64,000 nucleotides of DNA. It comes from an uncultured Fibrobacterota bacterium. Lineage in GTDB: Bacteria > Fibrobacterota > Chitinivibrionia > Chitinivibrionales > JANQEN01. The stretch is taken from positions 1,300 to 65,299 of the forward strand of contig CAZIYW010000011.1 of NCBI GenBank assembly GCA_964543525.1. Reading direction: 5' to 3'. The translations under genes were made by a program, and so were the position numbers. The notes under the pieces were generated by a model. It worked only from the letters and a program-made list of their open reading frames with translations. It had not been told where the DNA came from and did no database searches. The first letter of the stretch is position 1. Each line of letters starts with the position of its first letter. This document shows, in pieces, positions 18,974 through 30,318 of this stretch.

Positions 18974-20304
18974 ATGCGTAAAAAACTTTTCAGTATGCGT
19001 GCGCTCTCTGTCTGCAGTATCCTTTTCTTTCTGGTAACACCCGTTCTGTTTGCTCAGGCATTTCCCGATGAATCAAAACCCACCCTTGCAGTGCTGCCGT
19101 TACGAACCGGGGACAATGAGATCACACCGGAAACAACGGAACTTTCCAACTGGATTATTTTCAAATCCTTTACGCTGGGTATAAAGGGTATAATGGATTT
19201 CGCAGAAACGCAGAGTATCCTCGAATCGAATGGCGCAGGCGGTACCATGTCATGCAATACCGACAGTTGTGTATATCGCGCCGGGACACTCCTGGATGTT
19301 GAGAGAATAATCTGGGGTACATTGGAATCGGATACAAATCAGCATACCATTGCCCTTTACCTGGTTGATGTAATCAGTGAGGAGGCGCTCAGTAAGGTCA
19401 CGATACAGATAAAAGGTTCGGCAAGGGATATACAAAGTCACCTTACGCCGGCATTGCAGCGTCTCTATGCAAAAGCTGATGCCGAGGATATCGCAAGCGG
19501 TAATACTGCGGCGCCGTCGTCGGAGGATAACCCGCTTGACGAACCTGCCGCACCTTTCTCCAGGACGGTAACGCTTAAGCTCCTCAGCGAACCGTCCGGC
19601 GCAACGGTATTTATCAACGATGAAGAGGCAGGTACAACGCCGTTTCATACTGATTCACTGAAAGCGGGGTACCATAGAATAAAACTCAGGATGCACGGAT
19701 ATAATGAATTTGAAAAAACATTCACTTTTTCCAGGGGTGCGAAGAAAAAATATCTGATTAAGCTCTCTAAAAATTTTGGCAGCCTCGCGGTATTCAGTAA
19801 GCCGAAAGGAGCCTCAGTAATCCTGAACAGCGGCACCCTGGGCCAGACACCGTTTTTCTGTGACACCCCATTGCACCGGGGAACTATACCCTCCACTGTG
19901 TGCTGCCGAAATTTATCCCCCACACCAGACCGGTTACCGTAAACCGGGCCGCATCAGACACCATTTCCGTTGCGCTCACTTCTCAGGCATATCTTGATTC
20001 TCTGAAACAACTCAGGCATAAGCGGGGACAATGGGTACGCAGAATAGCATTTGGTTTCTGCGGGGCGGGATTCACCGCACTCGGGGTATACCGTAACAAT
20101 GAGATGCAGGATGCTGTTGACAGAAAGGATGCGGCCTACGAAAATTACAGCAAACCGGCCCAGTCGGAATCATATTATTTATACTGGTGGGACGAGGTAA
20201 AGAAGGCGCGTGCCGATGCCAAGACGCTGAGAAAAAAAAGGAATGCAGGATCTGTCGTGGGCGGTCTTTTTGGGATCGCATTCGGGATCTCAATTCCATT
20301 TTAA
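18974..20304 (+). pseudogene. Secreted PEGA-domain protein, frameshifted
   Basis: Signal peptide and PEGA repeats (SEPSGATVFIN..GTTP; SKPKGASVILN..GQTP). One base is missing near CCCC 19866-19869; the shifted frame continues IAPGNYTLHCVLPKFIPHT to the stop at 20304. Confidence 0.8.
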
Positions 20305-20336
20305 CAGTTTTTTACGAAAAGGAACAGCAGGTGAAT

Positions 20337-22767
20337 ATGAAAACCCTTTTCCAAACAATAGCGGTTATCGTTGTCTTGAGTATTGTATTCTCTCTCATCA
20401 ACTGTGTGAGCAATGATGACGATTATACGCAGTCAAATCCCTGGGATCCGAACGGCGACAACTTTATTTACAACCAGGGGCCGTAAAATCTTACCGTATC
20501 CGTCGGTAGTGGACTCTGGTATGATTATGATTTTACCAACAATATCGGCAGTATCAGAATAAGCTTCTCGGCAACCGACCCCAACGGAAGCAAGGATACG
20601 CTTACCTATACGGTAGCCGCAGGTCCCGCCGCCGGTTCCCTTACCACCATATATACCGGACTTGATACGGTAGTGATTCTTGACAGTGTCACCTTTTCAC
20701 AAGTGATTTATTATAACGTTACCGCCACGGATCTGTATGACAGCTCCATATCCTATGCAAGTTCGTTTACCTCACCGGCAGCCAAACCGCCGTCACCGCC
20801 AACCGGCCTGTATACGTCAAACGGGTATACCTATATAGAAGTCACCTGGGACAATGAGCCGACGGTGACGCGATACCGGCTGTACCGCTCAAACAATACC
20901 AACGATTTCTATACCCGGATTCTGGATACGGTACCGCAGACAACCGGTTTTTATATTGATTATAACGACAGTGTTCCCGATTATTATCTCCATTATTACG
21001 TGGCTACCGCATGTAATCAATACGGAGAAAGCCGCTCCGAACCTGTTGAGGGCCGGCGGTACTACACAGGACTTACAACGCCGTCAATCAGTTATGCTTC
21101 AAGCGGCAGCTATTATGACTCGATAAAGGTATACTGGTATCCGACCGCTTCATCGTACAATCCGGCATACTACCATTTGTATAGATGCGACTCCTCATCA
21201 ACGGGGAAATACCGCCATATCGCAACCGTGCAACACACCAACACCTCGACGATTAGTTACTATGACACGGTATACACGAACAGAACCTGCTACTACAAGC
21301 TTGCGGTATTTGATAAAAATGACCGGGGCAGCAGACTCAGCCGCTATGAATCCGGATATTTTAAAACCTTTTCAGGCCTCTATTCTGTCACTGCATCAAA
21401 CGGCACCTTTGATGCATACATTCTGATTGACTGGTCTTTGGTATCATTAGCGGTGGAATACAACATTTATCGCGCCACAACATCCTCCGGGCCATATTCG
21501 CTTATCGATTCGTCAACAAAGACCACCTATTACGATTCATCCATAGTAGACACCTCAACGACAAATCAGCATTATTACTATAAAGTCACTGCAGTGAGGC
21601 AGGATGGCCGTGAAAGCGCTTTCAGTTCATACGACTATGGGTATCTGCGGCCCTTTTCATATCCTGCAATAGTCAATGCATCACGGTACATGTACGGCTC
21701 GCATATAGCAGTCTCCTGGAGCAGAGTAGCGAAAGGTACCGGGTATAATGTCTACCGATCAACATCGACAAGTTCTTCAACCTTTGCTAAAATCGCCGCA
21801 GTAACGGATACCTTCTACTGTGATTCTGCGGTAAAGTCCGACTCAACCTACTATTACAAACTTTCAGCCCTCAAGGAGAGTACCGAATCCTCTTTATCTT
21901 CATACGAAAGCGGTAATCGTCGGCCGCCGTCATTCCCGTCGAATATCTTTGTCGGCAGTGAGCAATACATGACTCATATCCCGATAAGCTGGACTGCAAG
22001 TTCCGGTGCGGACTGGTACTGCATCTATCGACATACCCCTTCCACCGGAACCTTTACCAGGCTGGCCTCAACGACAGCCGTTTCCTACAATGATTCAACA
22101 CCACTGCCGAACATTGTCTACTATTATAAAATCGCTGCATACAGTATTGTGGGAGAAGGAACACCGAGCAGCCCGAAATCCGGGAAACTTCTCTGGGCAT
22201 TTCCCTCACCGCCCGACACGGTTGGTGCAACAAAAGGAACAAAGGTTGACACTATTACAATAACATGGTCATCGTGTCTGAACACAACGTACTATGCAGT
22301 GTTTCGTGATACGGAAACCGTTTTTACAAATCCGGAATTACGCTGTACAACGACCGTCACAACGTTCCATGACACGGTACATTCCGATACATCCTATGTA
22401 TACCGGATTAAATCAATCAACCAGGTTGGAGAAAGTGTATTAAGTACTGCCTATGATATCGGATATCGCAAACCGTCGGCAGCACCGCTCGCGCCGGAGG
22501 ATCTGGTGGCCGACTCACTCCCCACCCATATCCCATATCCATCTGTCCTGGTCACCACCCTCATCAGGCTCTCCGGCACAAGGCTATATTATTTACCGCG
22601 CTGATTTCCTGAATGGTACCTATGATTCTCTTGCTACTGCTCCAATGGTGGAATATAATGATATAGTACCGTTGACCTGGCCGATCTATTACTGGTACCG
22701 TGTTACCGCTTATAATGTCATGGGAGAAAGCCCCGTCTCCAACACCGTTAGAGGAACACGAAAATAA
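20337..22767 (+). pseudogene. Multi-FN3-domain lipoprotein with two lesions
   Basis: ATG 20337 with lipobox SLINC; in-frame TAA 20484-20486 with the frame open beyond it into ORF 20673; 7-bp duplication CCATATC (22526-22539) shifts the last FN3 repeat; repeated W..Y.IYR..YYY.V.A. Confidence 0.88.
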
Positions 22768-22998
22768 GGTAGATCAGTGCAGGCAATTATCCATTCTTTC
22801 CTGGTTATTTTTGCTCTGTCCGGTCATGCTTTTTCAATTAGTTCCCCATTGGCAGTTACCCGGATATGTCGGTATAATCTTCGATTTTAAATATTACCTG
22901 TGCACTTTTTACCGCTACAGCATTGACAATCTTGTCTTTGTTTTCGTATTTTTGATTGATTATCAATTACTATTATGGTATTAATTGTAGTGCTATTC

Positions 22999-23072
22999 GG
23001 GCGATTAGCTCAGATGGTTAGAGTACTTGCTTGACATGCAAGGGGTCACTGGTTCAATTCCAGTATCGCCCA
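22999..23072 (+). tRNA. tRNA-Val (GAC)
   Basis: GGGCGAT/ATCGCCC acceptor, anticodon arm CTTGC-TTGACAT-GCAAG, GGTTCAATTCC; CCA not encoded. Confidence 0.95.
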
Positions 23073-23227
23073 TTATCGGTTCTCATACGATATTTCTATC
23101 GAGCCCAACGGTTCTCCTCTTACCCCAGGGCACTCCGATTCAAGCGGAGCGGAAATGAAAAACAGAGGATTGATGTATAACAATGGGTTCACTGACAGAC
23201 GTACTTTAACAGAGAGTATAGAACGTT

Positions 23228-25135
23228 ATGAAGGTTTTACTGCCTGACGGCTCTGCCGTACCCCTTGAGGCGGGTGCGAATGCGATAGATTGTGCCAACG
23301 CTATAGGTCCCGGTCTTGCGAAGGCGGCTCTCGCGGCCCGTGTAAACGGGAATCTGGTCGATCTCAACACTCCTCTGAAGGAAAATGATACGGTGGAGAT
23401 TATCACCTTCAGCTCAGAGGAAGGTAAAGCCCTTTTCTGGCATTCATCTTCGCATATCATGGCTCAGGCGGTGCAGGAACTTTTCCCTTCCGCAAAGCTC
23501 GCCATAGGCCCGGCTATTGACTCGGGCTTCTACTACGATTTCGATGTGGAAAATCCGTTTACCCCGGAAGATCTTGAAAAGATAGAGAAAAAATGCAGGG
23601 ATATTGTTGCACAAAAGCTACCGTTTTCCCGCTCCGAATGCTCAAGAGAAGAAGCGATAGCCCTGTTCGATAAAAAAGGTGAAGTATACAAAGTCGAGCT
23701 TATTAAAGATCTGGAGGGTAGTCCGAGTATTTACCACACCGGCGAATGGCTCGACCTGTGCCGTGGCCCCCATATTCCCCATACCGGCCATGTCAAGGCG
23801 CTCAAACTGCTTAGTGTTGCGGGTGCGTATTGGAAGGGGAATGCAAAGAATAAAATGCTGCAGCGAATCTACGGCATTTCATTTCCCAAAAAGTCACAGC
23901 TTGATGAGTATTTACAACTGCTTGAAGAGGCGCAGAAACGGGATCACCGCAAACTGGGTAAAGAACTGGATCTCTTCTCCTTTCATCAGGAAGGTGCGGG
24001 ATTCCCGTTCTGGCATCCCAAGGGAATGGTTCTCTATAATATTGTTGCCGATTACAGCAGGCAGGAGCATCTTGCCGCAGGGTATACGGAAGTAAAAACA
24101 CCGATTGTGTTAAACGAAGAGTTATGGCATCGCAGCGGCCACTGGGACAAGTACAAGGAAAACATGTATTTCACTGAAATTGATGATGCTATGCATGCGA
24201 TAAAACCGATGAACTGTCCCGGCGGGTTGCTTATTTATAAAAACAACAGCCATTCATACCGGGAACTTCCTATAAAAAACTTTGAATTCGGTCTGGTACA
24301 TCGCCATGAAAAAGCCGGGGTACTTCACGGGTTGTTCAGAGTACGCCAGTTTACGCAGGATGACGCTCATATATTCTGTACCCCCGATCAGATCGAGCAG
24401 CAGATATCGGAAGTTATCGATTTTATTTTTAATATGTACACGACCTTTGGTTTCAAGGATTTTCATATCGAGCTTTCGACACGGCCGGAAGATTTTATCG
24501 GTGATGTTGCCGTGTGGAATATTTCGGAGAAAGCACTTGAGAATGTGCTGAAAGCAAAAAAGATTGATTACAAACTCAATCCCGGCGACGGCGCGTTCTA
24601 CGGGCCGAAGATAGATTTTCATATCCTTGACTGTTTAAAGCGAAGCTGGCAGTGCGGTACTGTTCAGCTTGATTTCAGCATGCCGCAGCGATTCGGTCTG
24701 GAATATACCGACGCCGACGGAGAGAAGAAACAGCCGGTTATGATCCATCGCGCGCTTCTTGGTTCCATGGAGCGCTTTATCGGCATTCTTCTTGAACACT
24801 ACGGCGGATTTTTACCGCTGTGGCTTTCACCGGTGCAGGTTATGGTTATGCCGATTTCCGAAAAATTCAGCAGGTATGCGGATTCTGTTGTACAGGCGCT
24901 ACAGTCCGCAGGAATCAGGGTTGAGCAGGATTGCCGCAATGAAAAAATCGGATATAAAATACGACAGGCAGAGATAAATAAAATTCCCTATATGATAATT
25001 GTGGGAGAAAAGGAGGAGCAGTCCCGGACCGTATCGATGCGGAAACATACCAGGGGCGATCAGGGCTCTCTCACCCTGCAGGACTGCATTGGCCTTTTAC
25101 AAAAAGAGATAGCTGAAAAGTCTCTTTTAGAATAA
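23228..25135 (+). CDS. thrS: Threonine--tRNA ligase
   Basis: TGS domain, HSSSH, DLCRGPH, RDHRKLG, KPMNCP, RQFTQDDAH, YGPKID, HRALLGSMER. Confidence 0.98.
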   Translation: MKVLLPDGSAVPLEAGANAIDCANAIGPGLAKAALAARVNGNLVDLNTPLKENDTVEIITFSSEEGKALFWHSSSHIMAQAVQELFPSAKLAIGPAIDSGFYYDFDVENPFTPEDLEKIEKKCRDIVAQKLPFSRSECSREEAIALFDKKGEVYKVELIKDLEGSPSIYHTGEWLDLCRGPHIPHTGHVKALKLLSVAGAYWKGNAKNKMLQRIYGISFPKKSQLDEYLQLLEEAQKRDHRKLGKELDLFSFHQEGAGFPFWHPKGMVLYNIVADYSRQEHLAAGYTEVKTPIVLNEELWHRSGHWDKYKENMYFTEIDDAMHAIKPMNCPGGLLIYKNNSHSYRELPIKNFEFGLVHRHEKAGVLHGLFRVRQFTQDDAHIFCTPDQIEQQISEVIDFIFNMYTTFGFKDFHIELSTRPEDFIGDVAVWNISEKALENVLKAKKIDYKLNPGDGAFYGPKIDFHILDCLKRSWQCGTVQLDFSMPQRFGLEYTDADGEKKQPVMIHRALLGSMERFIGILLEHYGGFLPLWLSPVQVMVMPISEKFSRYADSVVQALQSAGIRVEQDCRNEKIGYKIRQAEINKIPYMIIVGEKEEQSRTVSMRKHTRGDQGSLTLQDCIGLLQKEIAEKSLLE

Positions 25136-25156
25136 CACTTTTCCAAGGAGGTATTT

Positions 25157-25759
25157 ATTAACAGATCACGCTCTTTCAAGCAGGAAGACACTACTCGTAT
25201 CAATGAAAGAATTCAGGGGCCTCGTGTTCGAGTAGTAGACACGGACGGTAAAGCTTTAGGGATACTTCCGACCCATGAAGCGATAACCAGAGCGATTGAG
25301 GCCGGGTATGACCTGGTTGAAGTCGCACCGAAAGCTGAACCGCCGGTATGCCGGATTATGGACTATGGCAAATATAAGTATGAAAAAGCCAAGAAGGAAA
25401 AGGAAGCCCGCAAGAAACAGCATGTCATGCATTTGAAGGAGATTAAGTTTCACCCCAAAACCGAAGTCCATGATTATAATTTCAAAGTTGAACATGCCCG
25501 TAAATTCCTTCTGAAAGGTGACCGGGTGAAAATAACCGTGGTCTTTCGTGGAAGAGAAATTGTGTATAAAGACTTCGGTGTCCAGTTACTGGATCGCATT
25601 GATGCAGATCTTACCGATGTGGCTCAGCGTGAGCTGCAATACAAAATGGAAGGCAGGAATATGATTTCCACCTACGTTCCCGACAAAATAAAAATACAGG
25701 CGTATAAACGCAAGATAGAAAAAGAAAAGAAGGAATCGAAATCAAAAGAAAGCGAATAA
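25157..25759 (+). CDS. infC: Translation initiation factor IF-3 (ATT start)
   Basis: SD AAGGAGG 25145-25151 then ATT 25157; reads INRSRS..RINERI..VRVV..DLVEVAP..PPVCRIMDYGKYKYE, in frame with ORF 25358. Confidence 0.95.
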   Translation: MNRSRSFKQEDTTRINERIQGPRVRVVDTDGKALGILPTHEAITRAIEAGYDLVEVAPKAEPPVCRIMDYGKYKYEKAKKEKEARKKQHVMHLKEIKFHPKTEVHDYNFKVEHARKFLLKGDRVKITVVFRGREIVYKDFGVQLLDRIDADLTDVAQRELQYKMEGRNMISTYVPDKIKIQAYKRKIEKEKKESKSKESE

Positions 25760-25811
25760 GGATATTATCAATCGCAGTGTAATTATACACTTCACATAGA
25801 GGAGATATACT

Positions 25812-26006
25812 ATGCCTAAAGTTAAAACCCGCAGTGCCGTTAAAAAACGTTTTAAGACAACTGCAAAAGGTCATCTTAAACGGAAAAAGGCGTATACCAG
25901 CCATATCCTGACAAAAAAAACAACAAAGCGGAAACGAAATCTGCGCCGAAGTTCGCTCGTTGATAAGACACAGGAGAGAAAAGTCAAGGAAATGTTATCA
26001 CAGTAA
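25812..26006 (+). CDS. rpmI: 50S ribosomal protein L35
   Basis: [19 protein letters not shown]. Confidence 0.97.
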   Translation: MPKVKTRSAVKKRFKTTAKGHLKRKKAYTSHILTKKTTKRKRNLRRSSLVDKTQERKVKEMLSQ

Positions 26007-26132
26007 AATTGAACACAAGAACATTTTAGATAGGATCAAGGTGATTCTGGATGATGACACTACCTTAAACGCTCTTTACAAATCTAAAATCAAGAATCTG
26101 ATATCTAAAATGCTTATAGAAGGAGTTCTATT

Positions 26133-26480
26133 ATGCCAAGAGTAAAAAACAGGGTAGCATCCCGAAAAAGAAGGAAAAAAATAACCAAAGCGAATGCCGG
26201 TTATTTTGGTAAACGCAAAAACTGTCTGCGAACGGCGAAAGACGCTTTCTGGAAAAGCGGTGTGTATGCCTACAACGACAGGCGCAGGAAAAAGCGTGAT
26301 TTCCGGGCGTTATGGATAACCCGGATAAACGCCGGCGCCCGCCTTAACGGTACGACCTACGCGCAACTTATTAACGGTATGAAAAAGAAAGACATTGCAC
26401 TGAACCGTAAGACACTTGCGCATCTTGCGGTCCATGAGCCGGCAGTATTCAGCAAAATTGTTGAAACAGTAAAAGCATAA
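26133..26480 (+). CDS. rplT: 50S ribosomal protein L20
   Basis: MPRVKN..YAYNDRRRKKRDFRALWITRINAGAR..LNRK.LA. Confidence 0.98.
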   Translation: MPRVKNRVASRKRRKKITKANAGYFGKRKNCLRTAKDAFWKSGVYAYNDRRRKKRDFRALWITRINAGARLNGTTYAQLINGMKKKDIALNRKTLAHLAVHEPAVFSKIVETVKA

Positions 26481-26490
26481 CGGCAAGCTT

Positions 26491-27522
26491 ATGACACTAA
26501 AAGAAAAATACCGGACCCCTGAAGCTCTCGAAGAACTGGAAAAAGTAGTAACTGCCGAATTTTCGGCGATACAGGATGCGGCAACGGCGGAGAGCTTCCG
26601 GATTAAATACCTCGGCAAAAAAGGCCTTTTCCGCTCACTGCTTAAGGGACTGCGGGAGATGCCGGAGGATAAACGCAAAGTATTCGGCGGCAAACTGAAC
26701 ACCCTTCGTAACACTATCGAAGAGCAGTTTAATCAGGCCCCCTGGGAGGAATCAAGCGTCCCTGCCGAGGACGCGGGTTTTGACCCGACCCTGCCGGCGT
26801 GGCCGTTTCCTCAGGGAAGTATTCATCCGCTTATCCTCATACGCAATGAGATTTGTGATATCTTTGTCAGTATGGGATTTGAGATAGCCTACGGGCCTGA
26901 TGTCGAGACTGACTATTATAATTTCGGCGCGTTGAATTTTCCGCCGCATCATCCCGCGCGGGATATGCAGGATACTTTCTTTGTCTCGGGCGACATTCTT
27001 CTGCGCACCCATACCTCACCGGTGCAGATACGGGTTATGGAGCATCAGCAGCCGCCGGTTCGTTGCATCATGCCGGGAATGGTATACCGCAATGAGGAGA
27101 TAAGTGCCCGCAGTTATTGCCAGTTCGGACAGATCGAAGGACTGTATGTCGATAAGCATGTCAGCCTCGCCGATCTTAAGGGCACGCTACTCGCTTTTTC
27201 AAAGCAGTTCTTCGGTGATGAAACTGATATAAAAATCAGAGGGAGCTTCTTTCCGTTTACCGAGCCGAGTATTGAAATTGACGTGCTTTGTTTTATCTGT
27301 AAAGGTACGGGCTGCAGCGTATGCAAGCAGACCGGCTGGCTCGAGATACTGGGTGCAGGCATGGTGCACCCCAATGTACTGCACAATGCCGGTATCGACA
27401 ATGAAAAATTTACCGGTTTCGCATTTGGTATGGGTATCGAACGTATTGCCATGCTTAAATACGGTATAAACGACATCCGCCTCTTTTATGAGAATGATGT
27501 CCGTTTACTGAAACAATTTTAA
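26491..27522 (+). CDS. pheS: Phenylalanine--tRNA ligase alpha subunit
   Basis: HPARDMQDTF, LRTHTSPVQ, FPFTEPS, GFAFGMGIER. Confidence 0.98.
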   Translation: MTLKEKYRTPEALEELEKVVTAEFSAIQDAATAESFRIKYLGKKGLFRSLLKGLREMPEDKRKVFGGKLNTLRNTIEEQFNQAPWEESSVPAEDAGFDPTLPAWPFPQGSIHPLILIRNEICDIFVSMGFEIAYGPDVETDYYNFGALNFPPHHPARDMQDTFFVSGDILLRTHTSPVQIRVMEHQQPPVRCIMPGMVYRNEEISARSYCQFGQIEGLYVDKHVSLADLKGTLLAFSKQFFGDETDIKIRGSFFPFTEPSIEIDVLCFICKGTGCSVCKQTGWLEILGAGMVHPNVLHNAGIDNEKFTGFAFGMGIERIAMLKYGINDIRLFYENDVRLLKQF

Positions 27523-27547
27523 TCATAACCGGATAAGAAAAAGTACT

Positions 27548-29941
27548 ATGAAAGTTACCTATAGCTGGCTTAAAGAACTTGTTGATTTCGACGCGACACC
27601 TGAGGAGGTTGCGGCGCGTCTTACTGCTGCCGGACTTGAAGTCGCTTCTATTGAGACACAGGCTGTTCCGCCGGGAGTAATCGTTGCAGAAGTACTCGAC
27701 ATCGAAAAACACCCGAATGCGGATCACCTTACAGTCTGCACCGTTTCAACCGGTTCCGGCGAGCCGCTTAAAATAGTGTGCGGAGCGCCCAATGTAACGG
27801 CAGGGATGAAATCACCGCTGGCGCCGATCGGTACGGCGCTCACCCCGGAATTCACCGTGAGCAAGGTAAAACTCCGCGGTGTTGAATCATCGGGTATGCT
27901 ATGCTCTGAACGGGAACTGGGCATTTCCGATGACCATGATGGTATCATGGATTTGCCGAAGCAGTATCAGGTTGGTTCTCCACTGCAAGAATATATACCT
28001 TATGAAACGGTAATCGAGGTCGAACTTACCGCGAACCGCGGCGACTGTCTCAGTGTCCTGGGTATTGCCCGTGAAGTGGCTGCGTGCTACCACACGTCGG
28101 TAAAGCCCTTTGCACGCAGGCCATGTGAATCGGGTGAACCCGCAGAGAAAGCAATTTCAGTGGTTATCGAGGATGATGTAGGCTGTCCGAGGTATACAGG
28201 CAGGCTGGTACGAGGCGTTACCATAAAGGAATCACCGCAATGGTTGAAACAGCGGCTCAGAGTGCTGGGTATAAGGCCAATCAGTAATGTTGTTGATATT
28301 ACCAATTATATTCTGCTTCTTTTCGGCCAGCCGATGCATGCCTTTGATTACGCTACCATTGCCGGGAAGAAGATTATTGTCAAACGGGCTGAGGATGGGC
28401 AGACCTTTACTACTCTTGACGATATAGAGCGTACCCTGACGGCCGAAGATCTCCTTATCTGCGACGGAGAGCAGCCTACGGCACTTGCCGGTGTTATGGG
28501 CGGTGCCGGCTCAGGTATCTCTGAAGACACTACGGATGTATTCCTTGAATGCGCCTATTTCGATCCGGTCGGTGTGCGCAAAACATCCAAACGACTCGAT
28601 CTGTCAACCGACGCCTCCTACCGCTTCGAACGGGGAGTCGATCCGGAAACCGGATTGCTGGATGCCGTAGACACGGCCGCCGATTTAATTGTTGCACTGG
28701 CCGGTGGTAATGTCGCACCGGGTATCATTGATGTATATCCTCGCCCTATTCCCAGAGCACGGATACAACTTCGGCCGGCACAGGTTTCCCGGGTGCTCGG
28801 GATTACTATTGATACAGAAACAATAAAATCCTTACTTGCATCTCTTAACATTCTGTGTATCAATGATTCCTCAGAAACTCTTGATTTCGAAGTGCCGCAG
28901 TATCGTCACGATATCACCTTAGAAATCGATCTCATCGAAGAAATCGGTCGCTTATACGGATACGATACCATTCCGGCAAAAACCGACGCTGCCGTGCCGC
29001 TGATTAAAAAACCGAATCACGTAGAAGGGGCACTGTTGACTATTCGCAAGACCCTATCGGCAATCGGGTTGAGAGAAACGGTCACAAACAGTATGACCTC
29101 CGAGAAAAAATGCAGTCTTCTCACCCCGGACTGCGAGCCGGTGGAGCTTCTTAACCCGCTTAATCCCGACATGAAATGTATGCGCACAACATTGCTTGGA
29201 AGTCTCCTCGATGTCACCGCCTATAATCTGAACAGGAAAAACTGCAACAATAAATTTTTTGAAATCGGCAGGATTTATCATAGTCAGGGGAAGAACAGGC
29301 AACCCATCGAGCCTGATATTCTGGCAATTCTTCTTGAAGGCGACTTTCTGCCGCCTGCATGGAATACTCAGAAACAGTCATTGAATTTCTCTATGCTTAA
29401 AGGTGTTCTTGAAACCCTGCGTAACGCATTACAACTGGCACCTTTTAACTATGCACCGGTGCGGGAAAACGGACAAACCTACTATACCGGTGAATCGGTG
29501 AACATTACCGGTGCGGGGGTATCCGGCACCGGTGGGAAAATCGCCGCGGCAGTATTAAAAGAATTCGACATTAAGACACCGGTATTCTATGCGGAGCTTG
29601 TTATAACGGACCTGTTATCCGGGGGAATAGAAAGGGTATTGTATAAACCGTTACCCCGCTACCCGGCCGTTGAACGAGATTTCTGCTTTGTCATGGATGA
29701 AGAGCTGTTATCATCGGTCATAGGTGATGAAATCAAACACCTTTCAGAATTGGTTGAAACGGTAGTTCCGTTTGACGTTTATCGGGGAGAAAAGCTGCCT
29801 GCCGGGAAGAAAAGCATCACCTTTTCAGTACACATGCGTGCAGAGGACCGGACGCTTACCGATAAGGAGGCTGAAAAGGTCTGCAGGCAAATAATAGCAA
29901 CAATGAAATCAAAATTTAATGCAGAATTACGGGTACAGTAA
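27548..29941 (+). CDS. pheT: Phenylalanine--tRNA ligase beta subunit
   Basis: HPNAD, IVCGAPN, GMLCS..ELG, NRGDCLS, QPMHAFD, RFERG, RDFCF. Confidence 0.98.
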   Translation: MKVTYSWLKELVDFDATPEEVAARLTAAGLEVASIETQAVPPGVIVAEVLDIEKHPNADHLTVCTVSTGSGEPLKIVCGAPNVTAGMKSPLAPIGTALTPEFTVSKVKLRGVESSGMLCSERELGISDDHDGIMDLPKQYQVGSPLQEYIPYETVIEVELTANRGDCLSVLGIAREVAACYHTSVKPFARRPCESGEPAEKAISVVIEDDVGCPRYTGRLVRGVTIKESPQWLKQRLRVLGIRPISNVVDITNYILLLFGQPMHAFDYATIAGKKIIVKRAEDGQTFTTLDDIERTLTAEDLLICDGEQPTALAGVMGGAGSGISEDTTDVFLECAYFDPVGVRKTSKRLDLSTDASYRFERGVDPETGLLDAVDTAADLIVALAGGNVAPGIIDVYPRPIPRARIQLRPAQVSRVLGITIDTETIKSLLASLNILCINDSSETLDFEVPQYRHDITLEIDLIEEIGRLYGYDTIPAKTDAAVPLIKKPNHVEGALLTIRKTLSAIGLRETVTNSMTSEKKCSLLTPDCEPVELLNPLNPDMKCMRTTLLGSLLDVTAYNLNRKNCNNKFFEIGRIYHSQGKNRQPIEPDILAILLEGDFLPPAWNTQKQSLNFSMLKGVLETLRNALQLAPFNYAPVRENGQTYYTGESVNITGAGVSGTGGKIAAAVLKEFDIKTPVFYAELVITDLLSGGIERVLYKPLPRYPAVERDFCFVMDEELLSSVIGDEIKHLSELVETVVPFDVYRGEKLPAGKKSITFSVHMRAEDRTLTDKEAEKVCRQIIATMKSKFNAELRVQ

Positions 29942-30139
29942 CGCGGTAATAAGAAACAGCGGGAAATCGTAATAATATACTTAATTATGATATACACGTA
30001 GAAAGTGATTGGGTTATAAGAAAAGTTGCCATGCAACCGGTTAATGTGCTCCCGGTCACTCAAAAAATGTGGTAATTCATTCCCCTAAGTATCTCTTTTA
30101 TTACCCCGACAGCATGAGGGAAAGGTTTTTTAAAATAGA

Positions 30140-30168
30140 TTGACACTTATTTTCATTAATAATATCAT
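30140..30168 (+). promoter_or_regulatory. Sigma70 promoter upstream of zapB
   Basis: TTGACA-17 nt-TATCAT. Confidence 0.65.
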
Positions 30169-30318
30169 AAATAAAAAAGACCATTGTAATTTGCCGAATC
30201 ATGGGTTATTTTTAAGGAGGGATGTGACTAAAGTCCATAACAGGTTGGAATTATTAATAATAAATTTTTTATCTAAAGAAAATCTTTAAGAGAACTATTT
30301 CAGGTAAGGAGAATTTAC

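Noticed and set aside
20484-20486. Programmed readthrough or recoding of the TAA in the FN3 gene
   Set aside because: TAA is used as a normal stop throughout the window, and the same gene has an independent frameshift
22777-22890. Short GTG-started frame resembling a signal peptide (IIHSFLVIFALSGHAFS)
   Set aside because: Only about 37 codons and could be chance; not supportable as a gene remnant without a search
23073-23227. T-box or tRNA-mimic operator in the thrS leader
   Set aside because: No T-box motif or terminator; the CGT triplets are not in convincing stem-loops
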